Origin: Dehalococcoidia bacterium
GTDB lineage: Bacteria > Chloroflexota > Dehalococcoidia > Lucifugimonadales > UBA3495
Direction of reading: 5' to 3'
Length of the DNA stretch: 64,000 nt
NCBI GenBank assembly: GCA_965199995.1
Contig: OZ241328.1
Location: 1,143,724 to 1,207,723, forward strand
Of this stretch, positions 38,123 through 47,752 are shown piece by piece. Made by a program: the position numbers and the translations under genes. Numbering within the stretch: position 1 is the stretch's first letter; every line of letters begins with the position of its first letter. The notes beneath the pieces were generated by a model. That model was not told the DNA's origin. It ran no database searches and saw only the letters and a program-made list of their open reading frames with translations.

Positions 38123-39565
38123 ATGAGAATATATTTGTCAATGGCTTTATTGGCAATCGTTGCACTGTTGGTAGTCGCCTGTGGCGGCGCTGCCACAGCA
38201 GTCCCGCCGACTAGCACTCCCGTACCGGCGCCCACCGAGGAGGCGGCGCCGGCGCCTACTAATACGCCAGAAAGGGAAGCGGCGCCCACCGAGGCTCCCA
38301 CGGCAGCCATGGCCGCGGAAGAATCGGAAAAGATGGATGGGGACTACAGCGCGGAACTGCTGGCCATCGCCGCCGAGCGCGCCAACGGCCCCGGCGCAAT
38401 CTTCATTGGCGACCTGAACGACCTGGTAGGCCCCGCGCCAACCATGGAGGAAGGCGACTCCGAAGGCAACGTGCCGCTGGACGCGCTGGAAAAGCACCGC
38501 TTCGTCTATGAATCTGACTACTATCGGGGCGTCATAGATCGGGCCAAGTTCACCGACCCCACGCCGATGACCTATACCGGAGACCCGATTGTTATTCAGA
38601 ATGCCTGCGTCAACCGGGCCATAGTGTTCTGCAAGATTGTAGACACTTTTATGGTTCCTAGGCTGACGGAGCGGACCAATGGAAAGCTGATAATTGAGTC
38701 CACATCCTTCCCGGAGCTGGGGGTGGCCGGCCCTGACACCTTGAATTTGGTGCGCGACGGCACACTGGATATGGTTAACATCCTCGGTCCGTATGTGGCC
38801 GGCGATTTGCCCCAATTGGAGATACAATATCTCTTCGGCCTGTATACCGAGCGGTCGCAGCAGTATGAGGCCACTGTGGCCATGCTGGCAGACATCGAGG
38901 AGCTGCTGATTGAGGACACCGGAGGCTATCCCATCAACGTCAACTGGCACAACGGGGACGACATTTTCCTGTTTACCAAAGAGCCGTTGAATTTGCCGGA
39001 GGACGTGAAGGGAATGAAGACCCGCGCTTTCGGCACGTCCATTTCCGACTGGATTGCGGGAATGGGCGGAGAGCCCCAGTTCCTGGCCTTTGCCGAAGTT
39101 TACACCGCCCTCGAGCGGGGCATTCTTGAGGCCGGTGTGACCGGCGGCGACGCGGGCCACGGCCAGCGATGGTATGAAGTCGTCAGCTACATCAATGGTC
39201 CGCTGACCTCTTGGCCTTCCAGCCATAACGTTATCAACAAGGATGTTTGGGAGTCTATCCCCATGGACTTACAGGAGATACTTAAGGAAGAAGCTGCCAA
39301 GATGGAACTGGAAGCCCTGCGTTTGGGCTCCATCCAGAACGAATTGGGGCTTCAGAAGAATATTGACTCAGGCCTGACCTACATCGAATTCGGGCCGGAA
39401 ATGCGGGTTCTCAGCGACAGCGCAGTGATTAACGAGGTAGTTCCCAACTGGGTAGACCGGGTTGGCGGCCCAGATGCCCCCTTCGTAGATGTGTTCAACC
39501 GGGCCATCGCTCCCATCGTGGGCATCACCATAGAAGCGGACGGCACCATCACCAGCAGCAAGTAA
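38123..39565 (+). CDS. dctP: TRAP transporter substrate-binding lipoprotein (DctP family) with an N-terminal extension
   Basis: Lipobox LVVAC, Pro/Thr linker, DVKGMKTR, FAEVYTALERGILEA, INKDVWESIP. Confidence 0.85.
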   Translation: MRIYLSMALLAIVALLVVACGGAATAVPPTSTPVPAPTEEAAPAPTNTPEREAAPTEAPTAAMAAEESEKMDGDYSAELLAIAAERANGPGAIFIGDLNDLVGPAPTMEEGDSEGNVPLDALEKHRFVYESDYYRGVIDRAKFTDPTPMTYTGDPIVIQNACVNRAIVFCKIVDTFMVPRLTERTNGKLIIESTSFPELGVAGPDTLNLVRDGTLDMVNILGPYVAGDLPQLEIQYLFGLYTERSQQYEATVAMLADIEELLIEDTGGYPINVNWHNGDDIFLFTKEPLNLPEDVKGMKTRAFGTSISDWIAGMGGEPQFLAFAEVYTALERGILEAGVTGGDAGHGQRWYEVVSYINGPLTSWPSSHNVINKDVWESIPMDLQEILKEEAAKMELEALRLGSIQNELGLQKNIDSGLTYIEFGPEMRVLSDSAVINEVVPNWVDRVGGPDAPFVDVFNRAIAPIVGITIEADGTITSSK

Positions 39566-39594
39566 CCATATCTGGTTGTTGCTGGAATTCGGGG

Positions 39595-39628
39595 CGCGGC
39601 CCATTCTCGTGATAGAGAAGGGGCCGCG
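39595..39628. terminator. Hairpin between convergent genes
   Basis: CGCGGCCC-ATTCTC...GAGAA-G-GGGCCGCG. Confidence 0.5.
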
Positions 39629-39631
39629 GTA

Positions 39632-40384
39632 TTACTGGGCGGTTCTGCCGCCGTCTATCACCAGCTCCGCGCCGGTGACGAAGGAGGATTCGTCGGAAGC
39701 CAGGTACAGCACTCCGTAGGCTATCTCCTCGGGCCTTCCGATGCGGCCTAGTGGGACGCGCTCTATCGTGCCGCCAAGCTCGTCTCCGGACCCGCGGGCA
39801 GAGCGAAGCATCGGTGTCTCTATTGGTCCCGGGTGAACCGAATTGCAGCGAATGTTCTCTCTGGCGTATTGAATGGCGGTAGATTTGCTGAAAATTCGCA
39901 CTGCGCCTTTGCTGGCGGCATAGGCCCCGGAGGTGCCGGGCGCAGGCACGATTCCCGCCCCGGACGATATGTTGATTATGCTTCCGCCTCCGGCTCTTCG
40001 CATTTCCGGTATGACGGCTCTAGCGCCTAGAAACACGCCCTTGGCGTTGATGTCCAGAGTGCGGTCCCAATCCTGGACGGTCAGTTCCTCGATACCGCCG
40101 GTAATGGTAATGCCTGCGTTGTTGACCAGTACGTCCAGCTTGCCAAAGCGGGCCACCGCTGTGGCCACCGCTGCCGTCCAGTCGTCCTTGCTGGTGACAT
40201 CGAGGCGCACGAATACGCATTCACCGCCGGCCTCGTTTACGGACTCCTCAGTCTGGCGTCCCTCTCCCTCCAGCACGTCCCCAATTACTACTTTGGCCCC
40301 TTCCTGCGCGAAAAGATGGGCCTCGATTGCTCCCATTCCCCGGGCTCCGCCGCTGATAAGCGCTACTTTATTTTCCAGACGCAT
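39632..40384 (-). CDS. Short-chain dehydrogenase/reductase (paralog of 34914-35663)
   Basis: ISGGARGMG, NNAGI, YAASK. Confidence 0.95.
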   Translation of the reverse strand: MRLENKVALISGGARGMGAIEAHLFAQEGAKVVIGDVLEGEGRQTEESVNEAGGECVFVRLDVTSKDDWTAAVATAVARFGKLDVLVNNAGITITGGIEELTVQDWDRTLDINAKGVFLGARAVIPEMRRAGGGSIINISSGAGIVPAPGTSGAYAASKGAVRIFSKSTAIQYARENIRCNSVHPGPIETPMLRSARGSGDELGGTIERVPLGRIGRPEEIAYGVLYLASDESSFVTGAELVIDGGRTAQ

Positions 40385-40451
40385 GGCAGACTCCTGCGTT
40401 AGTTTTCGTTCCTGCTCCTATTCGTTATTGTAATGGCAATCCGGTTGGAAT

Positions 40452-41117
40452 ATGCTCATAACCTGGGCCGTCCGGAGGGCCGCGATGACAATAACCTGGG
40501 CCACGGTAGCAATGTTGCTCGCTTGGCTGCTCCTGGCGGCAGGCTGCGGCGGCAGCGTGCCTGAAAATTCGTCGTCCGGCCCCGCGGCAACGTCAAGGTT
40601 CCCAATGGAACCCACGCCGGTCCCGGCTGTCACCCCATCGCCCTCGCCGGCTCAGGCCCTCGCCCCCTTGGACAAGGGCGCCCCCGATTTCCGGTTTATG
40701 CTGTTTCAGGGCAAGGACGAGTTGGGGGCCTCGGAGATGTCCATGTCCGAATTAAAAGGCCGGCCCTTAGTGCTGAATTTCTGGGCCAGGCTCTGTACTC
40801 CCTGCTGGACCGAGATGCCTGAATTACAAGATTTCTACGAAGAGTATGCAGAGCGGGTTCAGCTCGTGGGAATAGACGTAGGCCAGTTTACCGGCCTTGG
40901 CTCCCCGAAGGACGCTGGGAAACTGCTGAATTCCTTGGGTATTACCTACCCGGCCGGATACACCGACGATGCTCGCGTGGTGCGGGACTACCGGATACAG
41001 GCAATGCCCACCACTGCATTCATCACCGCCGGAGGTGAAGTATTCCGCACTTGGACAGGCTCCATCACCCGCAATGAGGTTACAGCGATAGTGCGGGAAA
41101 TGCTGGAAGAGGAGTAG
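40452..41117 (+). CDS. TlpA/ResA-like thiol-disulfide oxidoreductase lipoprotein
   Basis: Lipobox LAAGC; LNFWARLCTPCWTEMP; MPTTAFI. Confidence 0.88.
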   Translation: MLITWAVRRAAMTITWATVAMLLAWLLLAAGCGGSVPENSSSGPAATSRFPMEPTPVPAVTPSPSPAQALAPLDKGAPDFRFMLFQGKDELGASEMSMSELKGRPLVLNFWARLCTPCWTEMPELQDFYEEYAERVQLVGIDVGQFTGLGSPKDAGKLLNSLGITYPAGYTDDARVVRDYRIQAMPTTAFITAGGEVFRTWTGSITRNEVTAIVREMLEEE

Positions 41118-41157
41118 GAAAATCACCGTATTAGCTCCTCAGGCGGAAGGGCAACAG

Positions 41158-42324
41158 ATAAACAAGGCCCGGTTTTTCGCCGTGATTTCCCTGGCCGTTT
41201 CCGCCACTCAAAACGCCGCTTTCATACTCCCGCCCCTTTTGGTGGAAATCTCGAGCGACCTAGATATATCCGTAGCCGTCGCGGGTCAGTTGGCTACCGC
41301 CACTTTCGCGGCTTGGGCTATTTCGGTTCTGTCCGTCGGCCCGTTGTCGGATTCCTTCGGGCGCCGCCCGGTTGTCCTCGCCGGGTTGCTTGCGCTTTTC
41401 ATTTCCGTAACCGTGTCCGCCTTCGCTCCCAACATCGAGACATTCCTGGTTCTCAGGGTGCTGACCGGGCTGGGCGCAGGTACGATGCCGCCCAACGCCG
41501 TGGGGGCAATATCCGATGTGATTTCCCCGGAGAAGCGGGCCCAGGCCATTGGCGCGCTGTTAGCCATCAGCCTCCTGAGTACGGTCGTCAGCGGGCCTAC
41601 GGTTCCCCTTTTGGCCGATTGGGTCGGCTGGCGCTACACCTTTATTGTAGCCGGTCTTTTAGTGGGCGCCGGACTCCTTTTCAACTTCCTGTGGTTTCCC
41701 CGAGACAGTGGAGAACGAGTTCGCGCCCTGGTCATATTCCCCCGGTACCGGGCGCTAATTTCGATGCAATACTTTCGCGCGGCCCTGACGGTCAATATCT
41801 CTCACCGGATAGCCTATTGGGCGGTGATCAGCTTCTTACCCGCTTACCTGATACAAGCCTATGGCTTGAGCATTAGGTTTGCGGCCCTTCCCCTCACGAT
41901 ATTTGCTATAGGCCAGGTGGTAGGGAGTTACTTAGGCGGCTTCTTCGCCAACATGAGGGCCCGCGCCCTAATCATTTCCGTAGTAATTGTCGCGGGAGGG
42001 GCCTGCGGCTTGTTGTCTTTCGTGGTGGAAATCAATTTATGGTCAGCAGTGGCAATAGCCACAATCTCAACCTGCCTGTTGAGTATTCCGTTTCCGCTTT
42101 TGGTAGCTGCCAGCACGGAATACTCCGGTGACTCCAAGGCCACGGGGGTAGGTATCATGGGCTTCAGCAACCAGTTCGGCGGGACGCTGGGGGGTGCGCT
42201 GTCAGGGACGCTGCTGGCCTATATCGATTACGAAGGAATCGGTTACTTGTGTCTCGGGGTAGCGGTTGCGAGCTCGCTGATGGTGGTCGCGTTTCGCAGG
42301 CATTTGAAGCGCAACGAGGATTGA
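41158..42324 (+). CDS. MFS transporter (paralog 1); start uncertain (ATA 41158, ATC 41122 or GTG 41182)
   Basis: GPLSDSFGRRPV motif A; 12-TM pattern. Confidence 0.88.
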   Translation: MNKARFFAVISLAVSATQNAAFILPPLLVEISSDLDISVAVAGQLATATFAAWAISVLSVGPLSDSFGRRPVVLAGLLALFISVTVSAFAPNIETFLVLRVLTGLGAGTMPPNAVGAISDVISPEKRAQAIGALLAISLLSTVVSGPTVPLLADWVGWRYTFIVAGLLVGAGLLFNFLWFPRDSGERVRALVIFPRYRALISMQYFRAALTVNISHRIAYWAVISFLPAYLIQAYGLSIRFAALPLTIFAIGQVVGSYLGGFFANMRARALIISVVIVAGGACGLLSFVVEINLWSAVAIATISTCLLSIPFPLLVAASTEYSGDSKATGVGIMGFSNQFGGTLGGALSGTLLAYIDYEGIGYLCLGVAVASSLMVVAFRRHLKRNED

Positions 42325-42405
42325 ACCCGCCTTACATAGCGGGAGACTGTTAAGGGAGAGGCAGAGCAAATCAACACGCCGACGGCAGAAGCAACTGGAC
42401 GCAGT

Positions 42406-43572
42406 ATGAGCAAAGCATGGTTCTTCGCTGTGCTTTCGTTCGCCATTTTTGGCGCTCAGAATGCAGTATTCATGTTCCCGCCCATCTTAGTGGAGATTGC
42501 GGAAGATCTGGGCACTTCCGTGGCGGTAGCGGGCCAGTTGGCAACCGCCACCTTCGCTGCTTGGGCGGTCTCTCTGATTACGGCGGGACCGCTGTCGGAT
42601 TCCTTCGGGCGCCGTCCGGTAATCCTGGCCGGACTGCTGATGCTGATGGTGTCCGTTATCGCCTCGGCCTTTGCGTTCAACATTCAGGTATTCCTGGCGC
42701 TGCGGGTGTTGACCGGCCTGGCAGCAGGGATGCTGCCGCCCACTTCGGTGGGGGTATTGTCCGATGTGATCTCACCGGAAAGAAGGGCGCAAGCGGTAAG
42801 TTCCTTCTTGGCCATCGGTATTCTAACATCGGCGGTAAGCGTCCCCCTTGCCCTCGGGCTGGCGAACCTGGGTGGCTGGCAATTTGTGTTCATCGTTGCT
42901 GGGCTGCTGCTGGCGGCAGGATTTCTGTCTAACGTTATCTGGTTCCCAAGGGACAGCCGGGAGCGCGTCCGAAACTGGGCGTTTTTCTCCAGATACTGGT
43001 CTCTTGTGTCCTTGCCCTTCTTCCAAACAGCCGTAGCAATAGGGATGTCCCAACGCATAGCGTTCTGGACGATGGTCAGCTATTTCGCGGCTTATTTGAG
43101 GGATAGCTATGAGTTGAGCGCGAGTTTTGCGGCCCTGCCCCTGGGGATAGTGGCAGTGGGGCAGGCGATTGGCAGCTTCTTCGGAGGCCCAGCGGCGACC
43201 AAGCGATACCGCGCCTGGCTCCTCGGCGCTACCTCAGCCGCCGGGGGGGTGTGCGCCTTTCTATGCTTTACCGTGGAATTTGAACTTTGGACGGCCGTGG
43301 CGGTGGCGACAGTGGGAGGCGGATTGCTGGCGCTGACAATGCCTGCCTTGGTCGCGGCCAGCACCGAGCATTCGGGGAATTCCAAATCTACCGGGGCCAG
43401 CATTATGGGCCTGAGCAATCAGATTGGAGGCGCGGCGGGGTCTGCAATTGCCGGTGCGCTGCTGGCCAGCACCGGATATGAGGGGATAGGCTATATGTGC
43501 TTGGGCGTAACGCTGGCCAGCGCCGGGATGGCGGTCTTGTTCGGGAAAAATCTATGCCGAAGGGACGGCTGA
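42406..43572 (+). CDS. MFS transporter (paralog 2)
   Basis: GPLSDSFGRRPV; colinear with paralog 1. Confidence 0.9.
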   Translation: MSKAWFFAVLSFAIFGAQNAVFMFPPILVEIAEDLGTSVAVAGQLATATFAAWAVSLITAGPLSDSFGRRPVILAGLLMLMVSVIASAFAFNIQVFLALRVLTGLAAGMLPPTSVGVLSDVISPERRAQAVSSFLAIGILTSAVSVPLALGLANLGGWQFVFIVAGLLLAAGFLSNVIWFPRDSRERVRNWAFFSRYWSLVSLPFFQTAVAIGMSQRIAFWTMVSYFAAYLRDSYELSASFAALPLGIVAVGQAIGSFFGGPAATKRYRAWLLGATSAAGGVCAFLCFTVEFELWTAVAVATVGGGLLALTMPALVAASTEHSGNSKSTGASIMGLSNQIGGAAGSAIAGALLASTGYEGIGYMCLGVTLASAGMAVLFGKNLCRRDG

Positions 43573-43631
43573 CTTTCCGGATAGCAGGGAAGCCTGGGAT
43601 ACATCGGGCGCCAGTACAACAAAAGAGACAG

Positions 43632-43728
43632 TGGCGGGAGTGCGAGGGAGTCGAACCCACCTACCCCGCTCCTAACGAGGCATAACGGTTTTGAAGACCG
43701 CAAGGGCCACCGGGCCCCATCCACTCCC
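43632..43728 (-). tRNA. selC: tRNA-Sec (anticodon UCA)
   Basis: GGGAGTG...CACTCCC-G-CCA acceptor; GCGGT-CTTCAAA-ACCGT anticodon arm; long variable arm; GGTTCGACTCC T arm; 97 nt. Confidence 0.93.
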
Positions 43729-43849
43729 GGGTTCTTATCACCGCCCCCCACCCTCGGCGGATGGGCAGGCAGCAGGTCCAGCGAAAACGGACGCCGCCCC
43801 GTCTTAGCCATAAGGAGCGGCGTCTCAATGTCGCATTAGCGATGGCCGG

Positions 43850-44179
43850 CTAGCTGCCGAGGACAGAGTCTATCTTCTTCTTAAGGGCGCCCTTTGGCAC
43901 TGCGCCGACAATCTGGTCAACAGGCTGGCCACCCTTGAAGAAAATCAGTGCCGGGATGCTGCGGATACCATATTGCATGGCGACGTTCGGGCTGTTGTCC
44001 ACGTCTAGCTTGCCAACGGTGAGCTTGCCTTCGTATTCTACTGCCATGTCGTGAACCGAAGGGGCAATCATTTTGCACGGGCCGCACCACTCTGCCCAAA
44101 AGTCAACCAAAACAGGCAGGTCGGAGTTGAGCACTTCGGTTTCCCAGTTCTGATCCGTTACCTCGATGGGTTCTGCCAT
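43850..44179 (-). CDS. trxA: Thioredoxin
   Basis: VDFWAEWCGPCK, IRSIPAL; GGAGG RBS. Confidence 0.97.
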   Translation of the reverse strand: MAEPIEVTDQNWETEVLNSDLPVLVDFWAEWCGPCKMIAPSVHDMAVEYEGKLTVGKLDVDNSPNVAMQYGIRSIPALIFFKGGQPVDQIVGAVPKGALKKKIDSVLGS

Positions 44180-44439
44180 ACCATCCTCCGGATTTACCTT
44201 CCGCTGCCGTAATCTAGCGCCCTGCACCGGTGCAAGTGTCGGACGATGGCTACCGGAACTCGCGCGCAGCGAACGATGTCAAATTTTAATGCCAGTTTAA
44301 TTCCACAGCGGCGGCAGGTCAACCGGACGCTGTCAGAAATCTAACCTACCTCCAGCTCCTTTGAGGCAGATGCAGAACCCGGCTAACCCAGCATCCAGTT
44401 GGAATCATAGCGGCCTTCACTGTATAGTGTTGTAGATAT

Positions 44440-46338
44440 ATGAGCTCACCACAACGCCAGACACAAGAAACTGGGCTGCAACCCGGCAGCCGCCTGGAAC
44501 TGGCCCTGGAATCCTGGGGGCGCTTGGGAGAAGCCCTGGCGTGGCATGAAGGCGCGCCAGTCTTCGTCTTCGGCGGTATTCCGGGGGAACGAGTGATGGC
44601 GGCTGTAGTCCGCGTCCACCGAAAATACGCCTCCGCTACGGTGGTGGAGGTGCTGGAAGCTGCCCCGAGCCGCATCCGGCCGCCCTGTCCGTACTTCGGA
44701 GAATGCACCGGCTGCCAGTGGCAGCATCTGGAATACGATGCGCAACTGGCGGCCAAGCGCGACAAGGTGGCCGATGCCCTGGTTCGGGTCGGCGGTCTCC
44801 CAGCGGATGACGCGGAGGCACTGGTGGCGGACACTCTGCCGTCAACCCACCGCTACGGCTACCGGAATCATGCCCGCTTCACCGTAAATCGCAGCGGCGC
44901 GCTGGGATTCGTCAACCGAGAGACCCGCCGCTTCGTGCGCACTGAGCGCTGTATGCTAATGAGGACCAGCGTCAACACCGTCTTGGAAGAGCTACAAGAC
45001 CGCTGCCAGGAAACCACCCAGCTTTCCATCCGAGCCGGGGCCGGCGAGCCTATGACCGGGGACGAATTTCTGGTGCAGCCCCAATTGTTCAACCCCGAGA
45101 TAACCATTGCCACAGGGCAGAAGCGCTACGTCGAAACAGTAGGCGATAACCGCTTTTTCGTGTCCTCTCCCTCTTTTTTTCAGGTTAACGTGGAGCAAGC
45201 GGCGCAAGCGGCTGAAGTGGTGCGCCGTGGATTGGGTCTGGGGAAGGGCGATGTTCTTCTTGATGCCTATACCGGCGTGGGAACTTTTGCCGTATTGCTG
45301 GCTCCTTACGTTGCTCGGGTCATCGCAGCAGAGGAGTCGTCGGCTGCCGTAGCCGACGCGCGGGAGAACGCCGCCGGAATCCCCGGAATTGAATTTGTGC
45401 TGGGACGAACCGAAAACGTATTGGACAATCTGCCAGCGCGCCCCGATGCCGTGGTGCTGGACCCGCCGCGGTCCGGCTGCCATCCGCAGGCCCTGACCAG
45501 CCTAATCGCGCTGGCCCTGCCGCGTATAGCCTATGTCTCGTGCGACGCCGAGACCCTGGCCCGCGACCTCAAGGTTCTGCATGGGGGCGGGTATGCCCTC
45601 GACCGGGTTGTTCCCATAGATATGTTCCCGCAGACGCATCACGTTGAGTGCGTTGCTTTGCTTCACTGGACCGGAAAAGCCGAAACCGGCCGGCTGATCC
45701 TTGCATCCGCCTCCCCACGGCGCAGGGAATTGATGGGAGAGATGGGCCTCCAATTTGACATAATGCCTGCCGATGTGCCTGAAGACCCTCTTCCCGGCGA
45801 GTCTCCGAAGGATATGGTGGAGCGGCTTTCGCAAGATAAAGCGCTGAAGGTTGCCGCCTCCATACAGAGCGGGTTTGTCATCGGCGGGGACAGCACCGTA
45901 GTCCATTTGGGGGAGTCCTTGGGAAAACCGGTGGACGATGATGAAGCCCGAGCTATGCTGCGCCGGCTGCGTGGCACCACGCACCATGTTTGCACCGGGC
46001 TGACCGTAGTGGATGCAGCTACGGGACGCCGATTGACCGGTAGCATGACCTCGCAGATTACGCTGCGGGCATTCTCCGACGAAGAAATTGAAGCCAGCAT
46101 CGCAACCAGCACTCCTCGCGACAAGGCCGGCGCCTATGCGGTGCAAGATACCGAACTGAGTCCGGCGTCTGAGTGGGACGGCTGTTATAACAACATCATT
46201 GGCTTGCCCACCTGCCGCTTGCTTCAAATGCTGGACGAACTCGGTTGGATACCCCCCGAAGGGTGGCATCTGCCCGAGGCCGCGGCCTGCGCCCCGGGCT
46301 GCCCAACCGCTTCCGGCACGGCGGAGCGCGCTCTATGA
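44440..46338 (+). CDS. rlmD: Fusion of 23S rRNA m5U methyltransferase RlmD-like and Maf nucleotide pyrophosphatase
   Basis: TRAM region, CPYFGECTGCQWQH, SFFQVN, LDPPRSG, YVSC, DMFPQTHHVE; then LILASASPRRRE, GDSTV, GKP, DKAGAY. Confidence 0.92.
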   Translation: MSSPQRQTQETGLQPGSRLELALESWGRLGEALAWHEGAPVFVFGGIPGERVMAAVVRVHRKYASATVVEVLEAAPSRIRPPCPYFGECTGCQWQHLEYDAQLAAKRDKVADALVRVGGLPADDAEALVADTLPSTHRYGYRNHARFTVNRSGALGFVNRETRRFVRTERCMLMRTSVNTVLEELQDRCQETTQLSIRAGAGEPMTGDEFLVQPQLFNPEITIATGQKRYVETVGDNRFFVSSPSFFQVNVEQAAQAAEVVRRGLGLGKGDVLLDAYTGVGTFAVLLAPYVARVIAAEESSAAVADARENAAGIPGIEFVLGRTENVLDNLPARPDAVVLDPPRSGCHPQALTSLIALALPRIAYVSCDAETLARDLKVLHGGGYALDRVVPIDMFPQTHHVECVALLHWTGKAETGRLILASASPRRRELMGEMGLQFDIMPADVPEDPLPGESPKDMVERLSQDKALKVAASIQSGFVIGGDSTVVHLGESLGKPVDDDEARAMLRRLRGTTHHVCTGLTVVDAATGRRLTGSMTSQITLRAFSDEEIEASIATSTPRDKAGAYAVQDTELSPASEWDGCYNNIIGLPTCRLLQMLDELGWIPPEGWHLPEAAACAPGCPTASGTAERAL

Positions 46339-46634
46339 ACTTTATGGGCATGGGCATGATGGAGCTGGCGGTGGTCTTGCTGGTGGCCTTCCTGGTGATG
46401 GGGCCGGGCCGTTCTATAGACATGGCGAAGCGAACAGGCAAGATATTGGGCGATTTGCGCCGCACTTTCGGCGAAGTGACCGACGCCATTTCTACTGAGG
46501 AGCGGCAGCGCACCTCCTCTCAGCAGCCTCCGCCGGGGGTGCCTTCTCGCCCCGACCTGCCGGACGATGAAGCTGACGGCGGAAAAGAGCCGGACAGCAA
46601 GCCTTCCTCCACGAGCAGGCCAGAGAAAGGCTGA
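46335..46634 (+). CDS. tatB: Twin-arginine translocase TatB-like subunit
   Basis: ELAVVLLVAFLVMGP then an amphipathic helix; directly before tatC. Confidence 0.8.
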   Translation: MNFMGMGMMELAVVLLVAFLVMGPGRSIDMAKRTGKILGDLRRTFGEVTDAISTEERQRTSSQQPPPGVPSRPDLPDDEADGGKEPDSKPSSTSRPEKG

Positions 46635-46639
46635 ATCTG

Positions 46640-47389
46640 ATGGCCCGCGAGCTCAGTTTCCTGGATCACCTCGGTGAATTGCGGCGAAGGGTGGTGATTT
46701 GTGTCATCGCCGTACTAGCCGGGAGCGCAGTGTCCTTCGTCTTCTACGAACAAATTATCGAGCTTTTATCCCGTCCAGCTTACAGTTTGGAAGAGAGCCA
46801 AGGCATCAAGCTGGTATTCATTGAGATTACGGAACTCCTGACAACAGCGGTCAAAGTCTCCTTTGTCGCCGGGTTCGTGCTGGCTCTTCCCGTAATCCTT
46901 TATCAGGTAATCATGTTTGTGGCTCCCGGTCTGACCGGGCGGGAACGGCGCTATCTATTTCTCTTTCTCCCGATGGCATTAATAACCTTTGCTTGCGGAG
47001 TGGCCTTCTGCTATTTTGTCCTGATTCCGCCGGCGTTGCGCTTTCTGCTTGGCTTCAGCAATATTGCGGAGCCGCTCATCCGCATAAGCAACTTCGTCAA
47101 TATGATGGTGCGTCTCCTGTTTTGGATGGGAGTCGCTTTCGAGACACCACTGATAATGTATATGTTGGCGCAGTTGGGGATAGTATCGGCCAGGCAGTTG
47201 TCTCGCTTCCGAAGGGTATGGGTGGTTCTGGCCTTTCTTCTAGGGGCCATCATAACCCCCACCTTCGACCCGGTTAACCAGACGCTGGTGGCCGGCCCAC
47301 TGCTGGTGCTTTACGAGTTTGGAGTGCTGCTAGCAAAGCTCGCCGGGCGCAGCCGCCGCAAAGCGGAAACCGCCATAGCCCAGCAGTAG
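46640..47389 (+). CDS. tatC: Twin-arginine translocase TatC
   Basis: HLGELRRR, FVAPGL...ER, FETP, AIITPT.DP, LYE. Confidence 0.96.
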   Translation: MARELSFLDHLGELRRRVVICVIAVLAGSAVSFVFYEQIIELLSRPAYSLEESQGIKLVFIEITELLTTAVKVSFVAGFVLALPVILYQVIMFVAPGLTGRERRYLFLFLPMALITFACGVAFCYFVLIPPALRFLLGFSNIAEPLIRISNFVNMMVRLLFWMGVAFETPLIMYMLAQLGIVSARQLSRFRRVWVVLAFLLGAIITPTFDPVNQTLVAGPLLVLYEFGVLLAKLAGRSRRKAETAIAQQ

Positions 47390-47407
47390 CGCGATACAGG
47401 CACCACA

Positions 47408-47450
47408 GGGAAAGAACAGGACCGGCCATTGGCCGGTCCTTCTTTGTTCC
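47408..47450. terminator. Bidirectional intrinsic terminator between tatC and tatA
   Basis: AGGACCGGCC-ATT-GGCCGGTCCT flanked by A-rich and T-rich tracts. Confidence 0.8.
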
Positions 47451-47468
47451 ATCTATCGGTAAGCCAGC

Positions 47469-47675
47469 CTAATAAGGGCTGCTTTCGTCTTTTCTGTTGG
47501 CCGCCTGAGGTTCTTGCTGGTTCTTGTCATCCTCCCCCATGAGGGCACTCTTAAAGGTTCTGATTCCCTTGCCCATGGACGAACCTATCTCGGGAAGACG
47601 CCGCGCTCCAAAGATAAGCAGTATCACTGCCAGGATAATCAGGATTTCGGTCAATCCCAAGGGTCCGAGTCGCAT
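47469..47675 (-). CDS. tatA: Twin-arginine translocase TatA/E subunit
   Basis: EILIILAVILLIFGARRLPEIGSSMGKGIRTFK. Confidence 0.95.
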   Translation of the reverse strand: MRLGPLGLTEILIILAVILLIFGARRLPEIGSSMGKGIRTFKSALMGEDDKNQQEPQAANRKDESSPY

Positions 47676-47752
47676 ATCTATGCCTCTGCCAAGTCGCGTT
47701 CACCCAAGTGTTTTCGCCCGCCAATGATAACACAAACGCCGAACAATTGCTC

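Noticed and set aside
43573-43849. Genomic island integrated at selC
   Set aside because: No integrase, and no duplicate of the tRNA 3' end was noticed in the window.
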